NCBI GenBank assembly: GCA_002269645.1
Contig: NIVC01000102.1
Span: 910,951 to 974,950 of the forward strand
DNA length: 64,000 nt
Direction of reading: 5' to 3'
DNA from: Macrostomum lignano
Taxonomy: Eukaryota
The position numbers were made by a program, and so were the translations under genes. The first letter of the stretch is position 1; every line of letters begins with the position of its first letter. The notes below the pieces were generated by a model. It was not told the origin of the DNA. It saw only the letters and a list, made by a program, of their open reading frames with translations, and searched no databases. Positions 24,076 through 36,281 of this stretch are shown here, one piece after another.

Positions 24076-26912
24076 TCAAGATACAGACCTCTTCATACAG
24101 CAGAAATCGCCCAAGTATAATTAGTGAAAGCAAATATCTTATCAATAGGCTCAATAGATCGGGTTGGGGCTCAAATTTAATACGCATACGGCTACACAGA
24201 TGCCTATATCGATCATATGGCAATTAGTAATACAACACGGTACTGATTAGTAATACAAGACAGTTTGCATATGTCTACACTGATAATGCATAGAAGTGAA
24301 GCAGGCATAGGGAGACACAGGGAACATGTGTTTGCATAGCAACTTGTCCTCAATACTTCTTTTATTCTGATTCTGGACACTCTCCAAGGCAGCCTTGAAT
24401 TCTAATATTTGCTCTGCTATAGCTGGGTAGGTTAGCCTAAAAACAACTTGCTCCAGCACGCGCGCCCAGTTCTCCTGATTTTATGCAACATTAATAAATC
24501 ATCGTTTCTCGTTATAACCAACCCTTCCTTTCAGTGGCTCAGGCGGGACGGCACACATGCAAGCAAACTGTGGCTGTCTCAAGAACTCGCGCCACATGCG
24601 ACACCATGTTTTGATTTTGTGCAGGGTGGCTACATTAATTTGGGACTTGTGCATGATAACTTGGCCCAAAGGGGGTGACACGGTTCTGGAAAGTCAAAGG
24701 GCTGCTGCACACCCTCTGTGAGCATGTGCATGCATCGGAATTGCCTCAGCGCTCTGGTTGTGAGACAATGTCGCCAAACGCATTGCACCAGGGTGTCCCA
24801 GCATCCTTCCTGTAATTATTATCATTAGTAATGAGCCCAAAAAACATGGGCATCGAAGTGGGGTCCTCTAGCTAAAATACAGAAGGGCTGAGTGGTTGCA
24901 GGTCATGCCAAGAAGTTCACAAATTCAGTCTGGCGGTGAATGAGTTCTGATATGCTTTTGAGATGTAATTCACAATGATGTCCCTAAGGCATAGGATGTA
25001 ATGAGTATATACATATATGAGAGATTTTAAGGCATATATACCCTATTTAACCATTGATTTATATCCATATAAAGCATTCTTGTTATCTTTAGGTATCAAT
25101 GAGATAAATAACAATTTGCCTCTTTAGAGCTATATACAATAATCAATATGCTTGAAATAGCTTATAGTTCAAGAAACTTTTACAGAGATTTTTATTAAAT
25201 TGAGAAACATTTTTCTCCTGGCATTAAGATAGGATATTTAAGGAAATAAATTAAAATGAAAACCTTAATGAAAATATTACAATGAAGGTGAACAATGGTC
25301 AATTTCCTAAATAGCAAAGTAAATTTCAGCATTAAATTGTTACTAAAAGTTTCAATTTCAAATGGAAAATCAAACAATATAATTTGTTAATAGCTTAATA
25401 TTATTTCTTAACCAATCTTATCCTAATCCTGATGGGCTAAAGATTACCTACATTTTCTAAGAAATTAGTATTTAAAAAGAAATTTAAATGTCTACATTAA
25501 TCCTTAAATTTTATTAGCTATTTATGGAATAAGTTTTTATATTAAATAGATTTTAATTAATAAAACATAAGTCTGATCATTAATACTATAATGCAAAACA
25601 ATTTTTATAATATTTATTTGATTTTAAGCATTAGAAAATAGACTCTAGATCTCTAGATCTCTCTAGATCTCTAGATCTCTAGACCCTAGATTTTAATCAT
25701 TAACAGAAATATTAATTAAAAAGATTTTAATGATAACAATATTGATATGATAAAATAGCTCCAGCTCTAGGAAAAAGCCAAGGTAACACTTAGGAGCATA
25801 TCGAATATGATATACTCGATAGCAAGTAGTTTAGCTGGCATAATGATAGTATGTTCTATTTTTAAAACAAAAAGTCTTTTGCGATTTTTAAACATAGCCG
25901 CCAGTCAGACGGAGCGATAAAAACCAACTGTCTAAATAATTGTCAATAGCAAAAAACGTAATGTACTTAAAATAGAGACGGTTGCTCATAAAGTTTTTTA
26001 GCCACTAAGAAATAAAAAATGGCGGCACTGTACTACATGCTAAGATAAATATAATAAAGGCTAAGTTTGCTTTTAAATAAGTTATAAAACAATCTTCACC
26101 GCAGTCTGCAGAGCGCGATATTTCAAAGAGTTTTCGTGGAAACAATAGATCATTTAAAAATGCGCTCTGCTTGAAGTCTACCCATTAAATCAAATTACTG
26201 GTAAATGCTACCAAAGTTGTTTTGTTAAATAAAGGCAGTTATTAGACTTACAAACATATTGCTTTATAGTTTAAATGAAGACTTACTAGTACGTTAAATA
26301 GATTTTATTATAGCGTAGTCGCGCTTCCTCAATATTTAGAATTGCCAGAAATATTCCTGTTTATGCCGACATGCCCAGTTGGAACTGACCGCTTTCCTCA
26401 ATTTTAGACACACAGTGTTAGACACGAGCGAAGCATTCAGCTTTAGTAAATCATGCATTTTTATACGTATTAATATTAAGAAAAATCCTAACTAAAAGAT
26501 ATTCTGGATTCAGGTTGAAAAGATTTCTGCATTTTTTTCCTTTTTTATTCAATGGAAAAAAACAAATGTCTAGATTTTTCAATGAAATTAACCATCCATT
26601 CAGAAGCAAAGCTAAAAACAGCTATTGATAGATTTCAACTCTAATTTTCCTTTGCATATTAATTTTAAATTTGTTACGCGTCTAGTCCTAACAGAAATAT
26701 GTTTAGATACTTGTAAAAATTACTGTTTAAAATATGACAACATTAAGAGAAAATTATGGATTTAGTAGTTGGCCTTATATAATAAGAAGGTTATTTCTCT
26801 GGTAATGTCTGAAATATTTTAGATTTTAAATAAATATTTTATTGTAATTTTTTTCCATTTCAGCGATTTCAAATCAAAGTTCTTTTTAATAGTAAATCAA
26901 TCAGCAGACAGA

Positions 26913-27508
26913 ATGCACTCGGGTAGAAGTTCTTCCATGAGCAACAGAACCAGCAGCACTGTCAGGTTCAACCCCATAACGGTGAATTGATTTTACTGTC
27001 TGCAATGCTGCTTTGAGTGCGTTTCAACCATTTTAAATTTCATCCAGTCTTCTGAAATTGTTTTTATAGGGCGAAGAGAAAGTTTTTGAGCCGCCTCCAG
27101 CCGACCAGCAGGGCCCGATTTCTCGCCCCAGCACCCGCCCAAAAGGTGTCCCGCCTTTGCCCATCGGCTCTCAGGATAACAACAGCGTCGTGGATTATCG
27201 TCGTACGAAATCCGGCTTCCAGAGGCACCAGCAGCACCAACAGACTCCTCCGGACAATGCGAGCTCCATCAGCTGGGGTTCGGGCAGCGAAGCCGATGTC
27301 CTCTCAGTCAAGAGCAACGAATTCGGCGAGAGAGCCGCCGCTCCTAGGGGTGTCCCGCAGCTAGAGGTTCGAACCTACGGCCATCAGGCGCAACGCCACC
27401 ACGACCAGCAGCAGCAGCAACGTTTCCGTGGGACAGGAGCCGTGAATAGGGGAATAAAAATTGTGAGAGCAAAATTGCATGCTTAAAATTGCAATTTATT
27501 TATGCATC

Positions 27509-27603
<95 letters not shown>

Positions 27604-30600
27604 AATCTGCCTTTATTTGAATTCAATATCGTTTTATTAAGCCTCATATCGAGAGCTAAAAACCAGTTAATAAGAAGTTTAAGCCCCAGCTAGCACACCA
27701 GTCTGTCTGCCCCACAATGCAGCAGAGTAGTAAAATACAAGCCCAATGCAGAATCGCCAATATTGATTTAGTCGCGACAAAGTCAGTTGAGCTTCAATCT
27801 ACAAAAGGCTCATGTGCGGCAACCCCACAACGCAGTTGAAGTATATTAAGCTTGGTAAAAAATCATATTGATCGAGCTGCAGTCGCTAACACTGGATATG
27901 AGATATGAGTCAGCGCTCGGGGCAAATGCTAGTGGCGGGCTTCTGGTCTTCAATGGGATACCATATTGTTTTTATTCAATTCATTCACTAGTGAGCTTCC
28001 GAAGGGGTTAGCAGTACTTCACTCTTCAATGGAGGGTACACGTATTCTGGAGACGGAGTGCTGTGCCCAGGGAAAAATAGATCGAGTGAGCTCAAGGAAC
28101 GAGACTCGTATACTGACAATACTTGTTGTGAAAACTTCAACATATCTCGGTATTTGATTGCTCAAAGTAGGAAAAAAAATTAAATTCTATTGACGATATT
28201 TCGAAGTGCATCGAAGTATACTACAATTTGTTGAATTAAAATCATAAATAATTATTTATAAGATTTTGTCAAAGTTTAAAACTTTTAAATTCCGAGAATG
28301 AGCGTATTTTAACAAACATTTTGCTATTTTTTGAATCTTTGACAAATCGTTTTTAATCAGTACCCTTTAACTGTACACTTCTATGATTCCAGGAAATGAA
28401 TTCAATTAAACAAATTTAAACTCTACACTCCAATTTGCAGTTTTTAAAATGTATTTTAAAAGTAATTTAGCTATTTTCCTGTTTTAGAAATTCTTAGAAA
28501 TCAGTGCACTTTAACTGCACTCCCATGTATGATTCTGAGAAACGAGTTCAATAAAACAAATACAATCTTCACGAATCTCCAATTTCAACAGGGCCCATAC
28601 GAAGATGACGACTTGGCCTCTTTGGCGTCAGGCCGGTCAGCAATGTCCAGCTATTCAAGCACATCGTCCAGAACCAGTCAGACATCATCTGGTCAGTCGC
28701 CATCATTTGACGATGTGAGCAGCTGTCGTGGTGAAATATTTATGATTTATTGATTTCTTAACTATAGATTTTTATTAAATTTTTTCTCTTAATATCATCT
28801 CCCGCAGTCCGCGAGTACAGTGAGCTCTTTCAGATCGCTGAGCTTGTCAAACAGGCCGCCGGCCTCTGAGGACGCCATGAACGAGGCGTCGAAAAAAGTT
28901 GAGATTTTCGAACGACTCTGGGCGTCTCGACAGGATAAGAGCAACAATGAGTTGCTGAGGCGACTCAACAAGGTGATTGATCAGTCTCTACGGCGTATTA
29001 TCCCACGTCTCTATCCATTATCGCACTGTCTCTATCGATTGGCTCACTGTCTCTATCCATTATCCAACTGTCTCTATCCATTATCCCACTGTCTCTATCG
29101 ATTATCTCACTGTCTCTATCCATTACCCCACTGTCTCTATCCATTATCCCACTATCCTTTCTCTCCCATCCCCAGGAGGAGGAACTGGAGGCCCGCCGTC
29201 GCGAGTCCATCCTGGACGCGGTGATGGTGGACCAGCTGTCGCGAGCCCCGATGTGTGACCCTGAGCAGGAGACCAATCGATCAGATGTGTCAGTCAACCA
29301 GGCCCTGCAGCACGTGCCTGGCATGCCTCGAGGCAGCATCCGTCATCTGCATCATTCGAAAATTCGAACAGCCAATTCGGCTACCGAACAGTTGCTGAGC
29401 GATCGAGTTCGATTCACAGTTCGAATAATCACTGCCAGCGGCAACCAGGACGCCATCCGGGAGCTCACGGGATTCTTCTTTGCTCTGGACAGCACTTTTA
29501 CTGTCTACGAGTTTAAAACATTTGGTAAAACGTAGGTCCTATATACACTACTTTATTTTAAGTAGTAGGCATGTAGCGCCTTTTCCAACTGAAAAATGGG
29601 AAATCTAGTGAAAACTTAAATTCATGATTTTTTTAATTTGGACTTTTACTCTGCTAATATTGGTCCTGTATTTTTCAATATGATTTATATAGTTTTATGA
29701 GTTTTTATAGAATCAGGGATTTGGAATCAGAGATTTGGGATTTGGGATCTGGGATTTGGGATTCGGGATTTGGGGTTTTGGATCTGTGATTTGGGATATG
29801 GGGTTTAAAATCTGAAGTTTGGAATCCGGGATTTGGGATCTGGAATTTAGAATCTGGGATTTGGGATCTGGGATTCGGGATTTAGGATTTGGAATTTGGG
29901 ACTTGGGATCTGGGATTAGGGATTTAGGGTTTGAAATCAGTGATTTGAAATCTGGGTTTGAAATCTGCAGGCATTTGGGATTTAAGATATGGGATCTGGG
30001 ATTTTGGATCTGGGATTTGGGATTTGGGAATTGGGATCTGGATTCCGGATCTGGAATTTGAAGTCTGGGATTGAAATCTGGGATTTGAAATCTGGGATTT
30101 GAAATCTGGGATTTGAAATCTGGGATTTGAAATCTGGGATTTGAGATCTGCAGGCATTTGGGATTTGGGATTAAATATCGATGATGATATAGGCGGTTTT
30201 TAGTATCATAAAACTACACTACTGCAAGTAGTTAGAATCTCAATCAATTCAAAAGAAAACCCACCGCAAAATAACCCCTCAATCCACAGGTCCAAAGCGC
30301 TACCATTTGTGAAACGCGGTCACTACCGAGCCGCTTGGGGTCGCAAGCGAGGCCAGCCCTACACAGTGTTTGACCTGTGGCCGGGGAACACGCTTTACAT
30401 TGCCACTGATGACCAGCCCGGACTGCCGAAGTCCACTCGAGCCTGCGCCGTGCTCAAGCTCAGGGTCTCGGAGGTTGACGATCCTGTCAGGAAAAAACTC
30501 ATGTGAGATTTTCGAGAATGGGAGAAGGAAGGAATAGTAGGTTTGAGAAGGGTGTGAAGGGCTGAGATGGAAATGAAGGGTTGAGAGGGAGGGAGTGAAG

Positions 30601-33588
30601 GGTTGAGAAGGAGGGAGTGAAGGGTTGAGAAGGAGGGAGTGAAGGGTTGAGAAGGAGGGAGTGAAGAGTTGAGAGGGAAGGAGTGAAGAGTTGAGAGGGA
30701 AGGAGTGAAGGGTTGAGAGAAGAGAAGTGAAGGGCTAAGAAGGAGGGAGTGAAGGGTTGAGATGGAGGGAGTGAAGGGTTGAGAAGGAAGGTGTGAAGGG
30801 TTGAGAGGGAGGGAATGAAGGGTTATGATTTCAAGGAATGAATGAGATAAATGTGAGACCTGATTTATAAGCTGAATTTTAGAAATAAAAGTAAAAAACG
30901 CCATGAAAACTTGTTTTTGTTTTGAATTAAAGGCAAAAGTACGGCTTGCTACAAGGCTGGGAAATGGAGAAGTAAATGAGTGCATCTAATTTGTTTTTCT
31001 ATTGGGTTAATTTCAGTTTTCATCGGATTCATTTGGATTGCTGCTTTATTCAGAAATTTTCAATACCGGGTGACTGCGGCCTATTTTTATCAACAAACAG
31101 AAAAAACCGGATTCATTCGCATTTCCTCTACTAACAGTAGTATGACTTAGTAAAAGTAATAGAAAAAATCGTTTATAATTTTTTAAATATTGCAGAGAGA
31201 CTCTGTACATGTCGGGCAAGGACCTCACTGCCAGCCAGTACGCCAGACTGCACGTGCCCACCGATTCGGACGAGCTGAATCAGGTTGTGCAACTCGAGCA
31301 GGTGCAAAAACACGCAAGGTCGTTGGTTCGACGCCGAGCGGTTGCCACCCTGACTGGCCTGTTCTCGCACTGTCGCCGGATGGACGAGGAGGGCCGCGAC
31401 CAGCTGCCCAGGCACGAGTTGGAACTCGCGTTGAAGAAGTTCCGCATGCACGGACTCACGGATGAGCAGCTGGACAGAGTGTGGGACGCGTGCGACCCGG
31501 AGATGACGTCATTCGCTGATTATTACGCCTACCTGTGCGCTGTGTTCGGTGAAATGGATGAAACGGTTAAACGGCTGGTGATGAAGGTGATTCTATCAAT
31601 AGTTGACCTGCTTTACCACTATCTACCTGCTCAAGCTAAAAGAAGGACGTTGTGCACCTTGTTAAGGCTACGGTTCAGAAGTTAATACTTCAGGATGCCA
31701 TGACTCAATGCGGGGAGTTGTTGAGATGCCATGACTCAATCGGGGAGTTGCTGAGATGCCAATTGGCTCAATCGGGGAGTTGCTGAGATGACATGGCTCA
31801 ATGAGGAGTTGCTGAGATGCCATAGCTCAATCGGGGAGTTGCTGAGATGCCAATTGGCTCAATCGGGGAGTTGCTGAGATGACATGGCTCAATGAGGAGT
31901 TGCTGAGATGCCTTGGCTCAATGGGGGGAGTTGTTGAGATGCCATAGCTCAATCGGGGAGTTGCTGAGATGCCAATTGGCTCAATCGGGGAGTTGCTGAG
32001 ATGACATGGCTCAATGAGGAGTTGCTGAGATGCCTTGGCTCAATGGGGGGAGTTGCTGAGATGCCAATTGGCTTTTTTTTTAGTTGCTGAGATGCCATGG
32101 CTTAAAGTGGGGGGGGGTTGCTGAGATGCCAATTGGCTCAATTTGGAGTTGCTGAGATGCAATGGCTTAAAGGGGGAGTTGCTGAGATGCCAATTGGCTC
32201 AATGAGGAGTTGCTGAGATGCCTTGGCTCAATGGGGGGAGTTGTTGAGATGCCATAGCTCAATCGGGGAGTTGCTGAGATGCCAATTGGCTCAATCGGGG
32301 AGTTGCTGAGATGCCAATTGGCTCAATTTGGAGTTGCTGAGATGCAATGGCTTAAAGGGGGAGTTGCTGAGATGCCAATTGGCTCAATTTGGAGTTGCTG
32401 AGATGCCAATTGGCTCAATGGGGAGTTGTTGAAATGCCATAGCTCAATCGGGGAGTTGCTGAGATGCCAATTGGCTCAATCGGGGAGTTGCTGAGATGCC
32501 AATTGGCTCAATCGGGGAGTTGTTGAGATGCCATGGCTCAATCGGGGAGTTGCTGAGATGCCAATTGGCTCAATTTGGAGTTGCTGAGATGCCATGGCTT
32601 AAAGGGGGAGTTGCTGAGATGCCAATTGGCTCAATTTGGAGTTGCTGAGGTGCCAATTGGCTCAATGGGGGAGTTGCTGAGATGCCAATTGGCTCAATGG
32701 GGAGCTGCTGAGATGCCAATTGGCTCAATGGGGGAGTTGCTGAGATGCCAATTGGCTCAATGGGGAGTTGCTGAGATGCTCAAACATGAGCTAAACCACG
32801 CTGAAACATCTAAATGCGTGATGAAGTGTTGAATTTGTGATGAATTGTGATGAAATTGTGATGAATTTGTTAAAATATTCTCAACCCATACCAACTTTAG
32901 GCCTTCCTAAAAATGGACACGGCAAAGTCTGGTGCGGTGTCCTTCGCAGACATTGGTCGTTTCTATCGAGCAACCAGCCACCCATCGGTGCTGCAAGGTG
33001 AGGTTTTCTCAGCTACAGTGATACAGCTCAAATTGTAATCATTTACAGTAAATTTAACTGATAATTTGTATTTTTCCCCGCCTTGAAAAAACAACAGCCT
33101 ATCATTTCACGTCAGGTAAAATTGTTTCTGTTGGACCCAACAGTTCAAAGTATTGCGATTCGAAAATAATTTATTATCAAATTACCTACAAAGAATTCTC
33201 AGATTCTCAGAAAGTTTTTTCCTTAATCAAACACAGTCAGTGCTACTTTTTAACCGTTGATATATAAAGTAGTATAGTGCGCGTAAAATGACTAAAATTG
33301 GACAGAAAAAACTTTCAGCCAAATTCTGAGCATTAAATTCTGAAACGACTACTTACTATCTCTTTATTAAGTAGTCTAATTTGAAAATTTTCTACGAAAC
33401 TCTTTAAAACAGGCGAAAGTTCGCAAGCCAACGTGTTGAAAAATTTTCTAGACGGTTTTTCCAACTTCATCCAGCGCAAGGAGACTGTTTCAGCAATAGA
33501 GTTCATCGTGTACTACGAAGGCCTTGGGATTCAGTTGGACGATGACGTCACACTGGCCGAAATTGTCCGAAACTGTTGGAACGTTTGA
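26913..33588 (+). CDS. CAPS2: Calcyphosin-2 (EF-hand protein), 9 exons, 653 aa
   Basis: Exons 26913-26981, 27070-27441, 28592-28714, 28808-28972, 29176-29531, 30290-30502, 31196-31586, 32901-32997 and 33413-33588 are phase-consistent (1962 nt). The motifs VMVDQLSRA..DPEQ, RELTGFFFALDSTFTVYEFKTFGK, ALPFVKRGHY..WGRKRGQPY and the calcyphosin-type end EFIVYYEGLGIQLDDD...IVRNCWNV* are recognisable. Confidence 0.9.
27510..27603. repeat. (TCTA)n microsatellite
   Basis: Directly visible. Confidence 0.97.
29005..29160. repeat. 21-bp intronic minisatellite (CACTGTCTCTATCCATTATCC)n
   Basis: Directly visible in CAPS2 intron 4. Confidence 0.9.
29710..30180. repeat. G/T-rich repeat (GGGATTTGGGATCT / GGGATTTGAAATCT)n
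   Basis: Directly visible in CAPS2 intron 5. Confidence 0.88.
30545..30830. repeat. 22-bp purine-rich minisatellite (GAAGGGTTGAGAAGGAGGGAGT)n
   Basis: Directly visible in CAPS2 intron 6. Confidence 0.88.
31690..32780. repeat. About 30-bp minisatellite (GGAGTTGCTGAGATGCCAATTGGCTCAATG)n
   Basis: Directly visible in CAPS2 intron 7. Confidence 0.93.
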
Positions 33589-33829
33589 TGACCTCAAATT
33601 CACTTTAAACCAACCAAAACTAATGCAGCAAAGAGTTATTATTTACTGATAGTTTGGTTTCTGCCGAAGCCGGTATGGGGCAGATTTTTATGGCTGATAT
33701 CACTGAGGTCATTGCTCTCCTATCTTCCTCGGCCACTGGTAGTTACGCTCGTTTATTGACTCGGTTTTTACTGAATTGCATGCTCGTAAAAAAGCATAAT
33801 TGTTACTGGCGACTTTGATTCAAAGATCT

Positions 33830-35210
33830 TTGACCCACTTGATCCCTGACCCACTTGATCCCTGACCCACTTGATCCCTGACTGACCCACTTGATCCCTG
33901 ACTGATCCTCTTGATCCCTGACTCTCTTGATCCCTGACCCTCTTGATCCCTGACTGACCCACTTGATCCCTGAATGACCCACTTGATCCCTGAATGACAC
34001 ACTTGATCCCTGACCCTCTTTATCCCTGACTGACCCTCTTGATTCCTGACTGACCCTCTTGATCCCTGACTGACCCTCTTGATCCCTGACCCTCTTGATC
34101 CCTGACTGACCCTCTTGATCCCTAACCCTCTTGATCCCTGACTGACCCTCTTGATCCCTGACCCTCTTGATCCCTGACTGACCCTCTTGATCCCTGACCC
34201 TCTTGATCCCTGACTGACCCTCTTGATCCCTGACCCTCTTGATCCCTGACCCTCTTGATCCCTGACCCTCTTGATCCCTGACCCTCTTGATCCCTGACTG
34301 ACCCTCTTGATCCCTGACCCACTTGATCCCTGACTGATCCTCTTGATCCCTGACCCTCTTGATCCCTAACCCTCTTGATACCTGACTGACCCACTTGATC
34401 CCTAACCCTCTTGATCCCTGACCCTCTTGATCCCTGACTGACCCACTTGATCTCTGAATGACCCACTTGATCCCTAACCCTCTTGATCCCTGACTGACCC
34501 ACTTGATCCCTGAATGACCCACTTGATCCCTAACCCTCTTGATCCCTGACTGACCCTCTTGATCCCTGACCCTTTTGATCCCTGACTGACCCTCTTGATC
34601 CCTGATCCACTTGATCCCTGACCCACTTGATCCCCGACCCACTTGATCCCTGACCCACTTGATCCCTGACCCACTTGACCCCTGACCCACTCGATCCCTG
34701 ACCCACTTGATCCCTGACCCACTCGATCCCTGACCCACTTGATCCCTGACCCACTTGACCCCTGACCCACTTGATCCCCGACCCACTTGATCCCTGACCC
34801 ACTTGATCCCTGACCCACTTGACCCCTGACCCACTCGATCCCTGACCCACTTGATCCCTGACCCACTCGATCCCTGACCCACTTGATCCCTGACCCACTT
34901 GACCCCTGACCCACTCGATCCCTGACCCACTTGATCCCTGACCCACTCGATCCCTGACCCACTTGATGCCTGACCCACTCGATCCCTGACCCACTTGATC
35001 CCTGACCCACTCGATCCCTGACCCACTTGATGCCTGACCCACTCGATCCCTGACCCACTTGATCCCTGACCCACTCGATCCCTGACCCACTCGATCCCTG
35101 ACCCACTTGATCCCTGACCCACCCGATCCCTGACCCGCTTGACCCCTGACCCACCCGATCCCTGACCCACTTGATCCCTGACCCACCCGATCCCTGACCC
35201 GCTTGACCTA
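33830..35210. repeat. 16/20-bp minisatellite (CACTTGATCCCTGACC)n
   Basis: Directly visible; it explains the GS-rich ORFs 33803..35233 and others. Confidence 0.95.
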
Positions 35211-35699
35211 GACTCAATCGATATTTCCAACAAGATCAGCTGCTGTGCGGCAGGAATTCTGACTGTTTATTTCAACATGACTACTTTTCATTAATTAGTT
35301 AACAATCATTCATTGTTGGCACGATTATAAAACTGTTTTCAAATCTTTTTAAAAAAATTACTCTAATCTTCTCTGGTGAGTGCAGTTTACTCAATATTTA
35401 TGCAAAGATTTAATTTCCGTACTTGTATCCAAAATCCAAAAAATTAATCGTAACTCATGTTTTGACTGGATTGAATTGAGTTAAAATACTTTTTGACACT
35501 TTAACCAAAGTTTTAATGTTAATTTGCTTAATGCTCTACTGTAAAGCACTTTAATTGCATTTTTCTATCATTTTGAAAAAAGCATGAAATATAACGGCTC
35601 GCATTGGGATGGATAGTTGTGTTTATCCGATGAAATTGGCTGGAACAGGTAATTCAGTCTGAAATCTGTAATTAACTATGATAGCTTTTGCTTTTCCAT

Positions 35700-36020
35700 G
35701 TGTCAGATGAGGTACAGCAAGTACAGGTAAGATGTGTCAGATGAGGTGCAGCAAGTACAGGTAAGATGTGTCAGATGAGGTGCAGCAAGTACAGGTAAGA
35801 TGTTTCAGATGAGGTGCAGCAAGTACAGGTAAGATGTGTCAGATGAGGTGCAGCAAGTACAGGTAAGATGTTTCAGATGAAGTGCAGTAAGTACAGGTAA
35901 GATGTGTCAGATGAGGTGCAGTAAGTACAGTTAAGATGTGTCAGATGAGGTACAGCAAGTACAGGTAAGATGTGTCAGATGAAGTGCAGTTAGTACAGGT
36001 GAGATGTGTCAGATGAGACG
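35700..36020. repeat. 34-bp minisatellite (GATGTGTCAGATGAGGTGCAGCAAGTACAGGTAA)n
   Basis: Period 34 (35701, 35735, etc.). Confidence 0.93.
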
Positions 36021-36281
36021 TAATTGCACTGAAATTAGGAGCAATTATCGATTTACCGTTTATGTAGCGAGAGACGTGTCGGATGCATTCAAACAAAAAT
36101 TTTCACTCTGCATATATTTCCACAAAATCGCATGCACAGGTGAACAGTGTCACAGGTAAAAGTACTTTAAAATTCGCTAACCTTGCATGCAACTTTTCAA
36201 TAATCTAGAGATTTATTAGTAAGCGATTCAGATTGCTTGTACGTTGTCCATGTTATTGACTCCACACAACATTGAGCACAA

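Noticed and set aside
24247-24960. Short minus-strand ORFs with Cys/His motifs (FACMC, LLCKHM), a possible SWIM/Mutator remnant
   Set aside because: They are broken by stops, the motif spacing does not fit, and I could not assign a family without a search.
33803-35233. 476-aa GS-rich ORF and overlapping ORFs
   Set aside because: Several frames are open at once because of the 16-bp repeat; there is no unique coding sequence or splice context.
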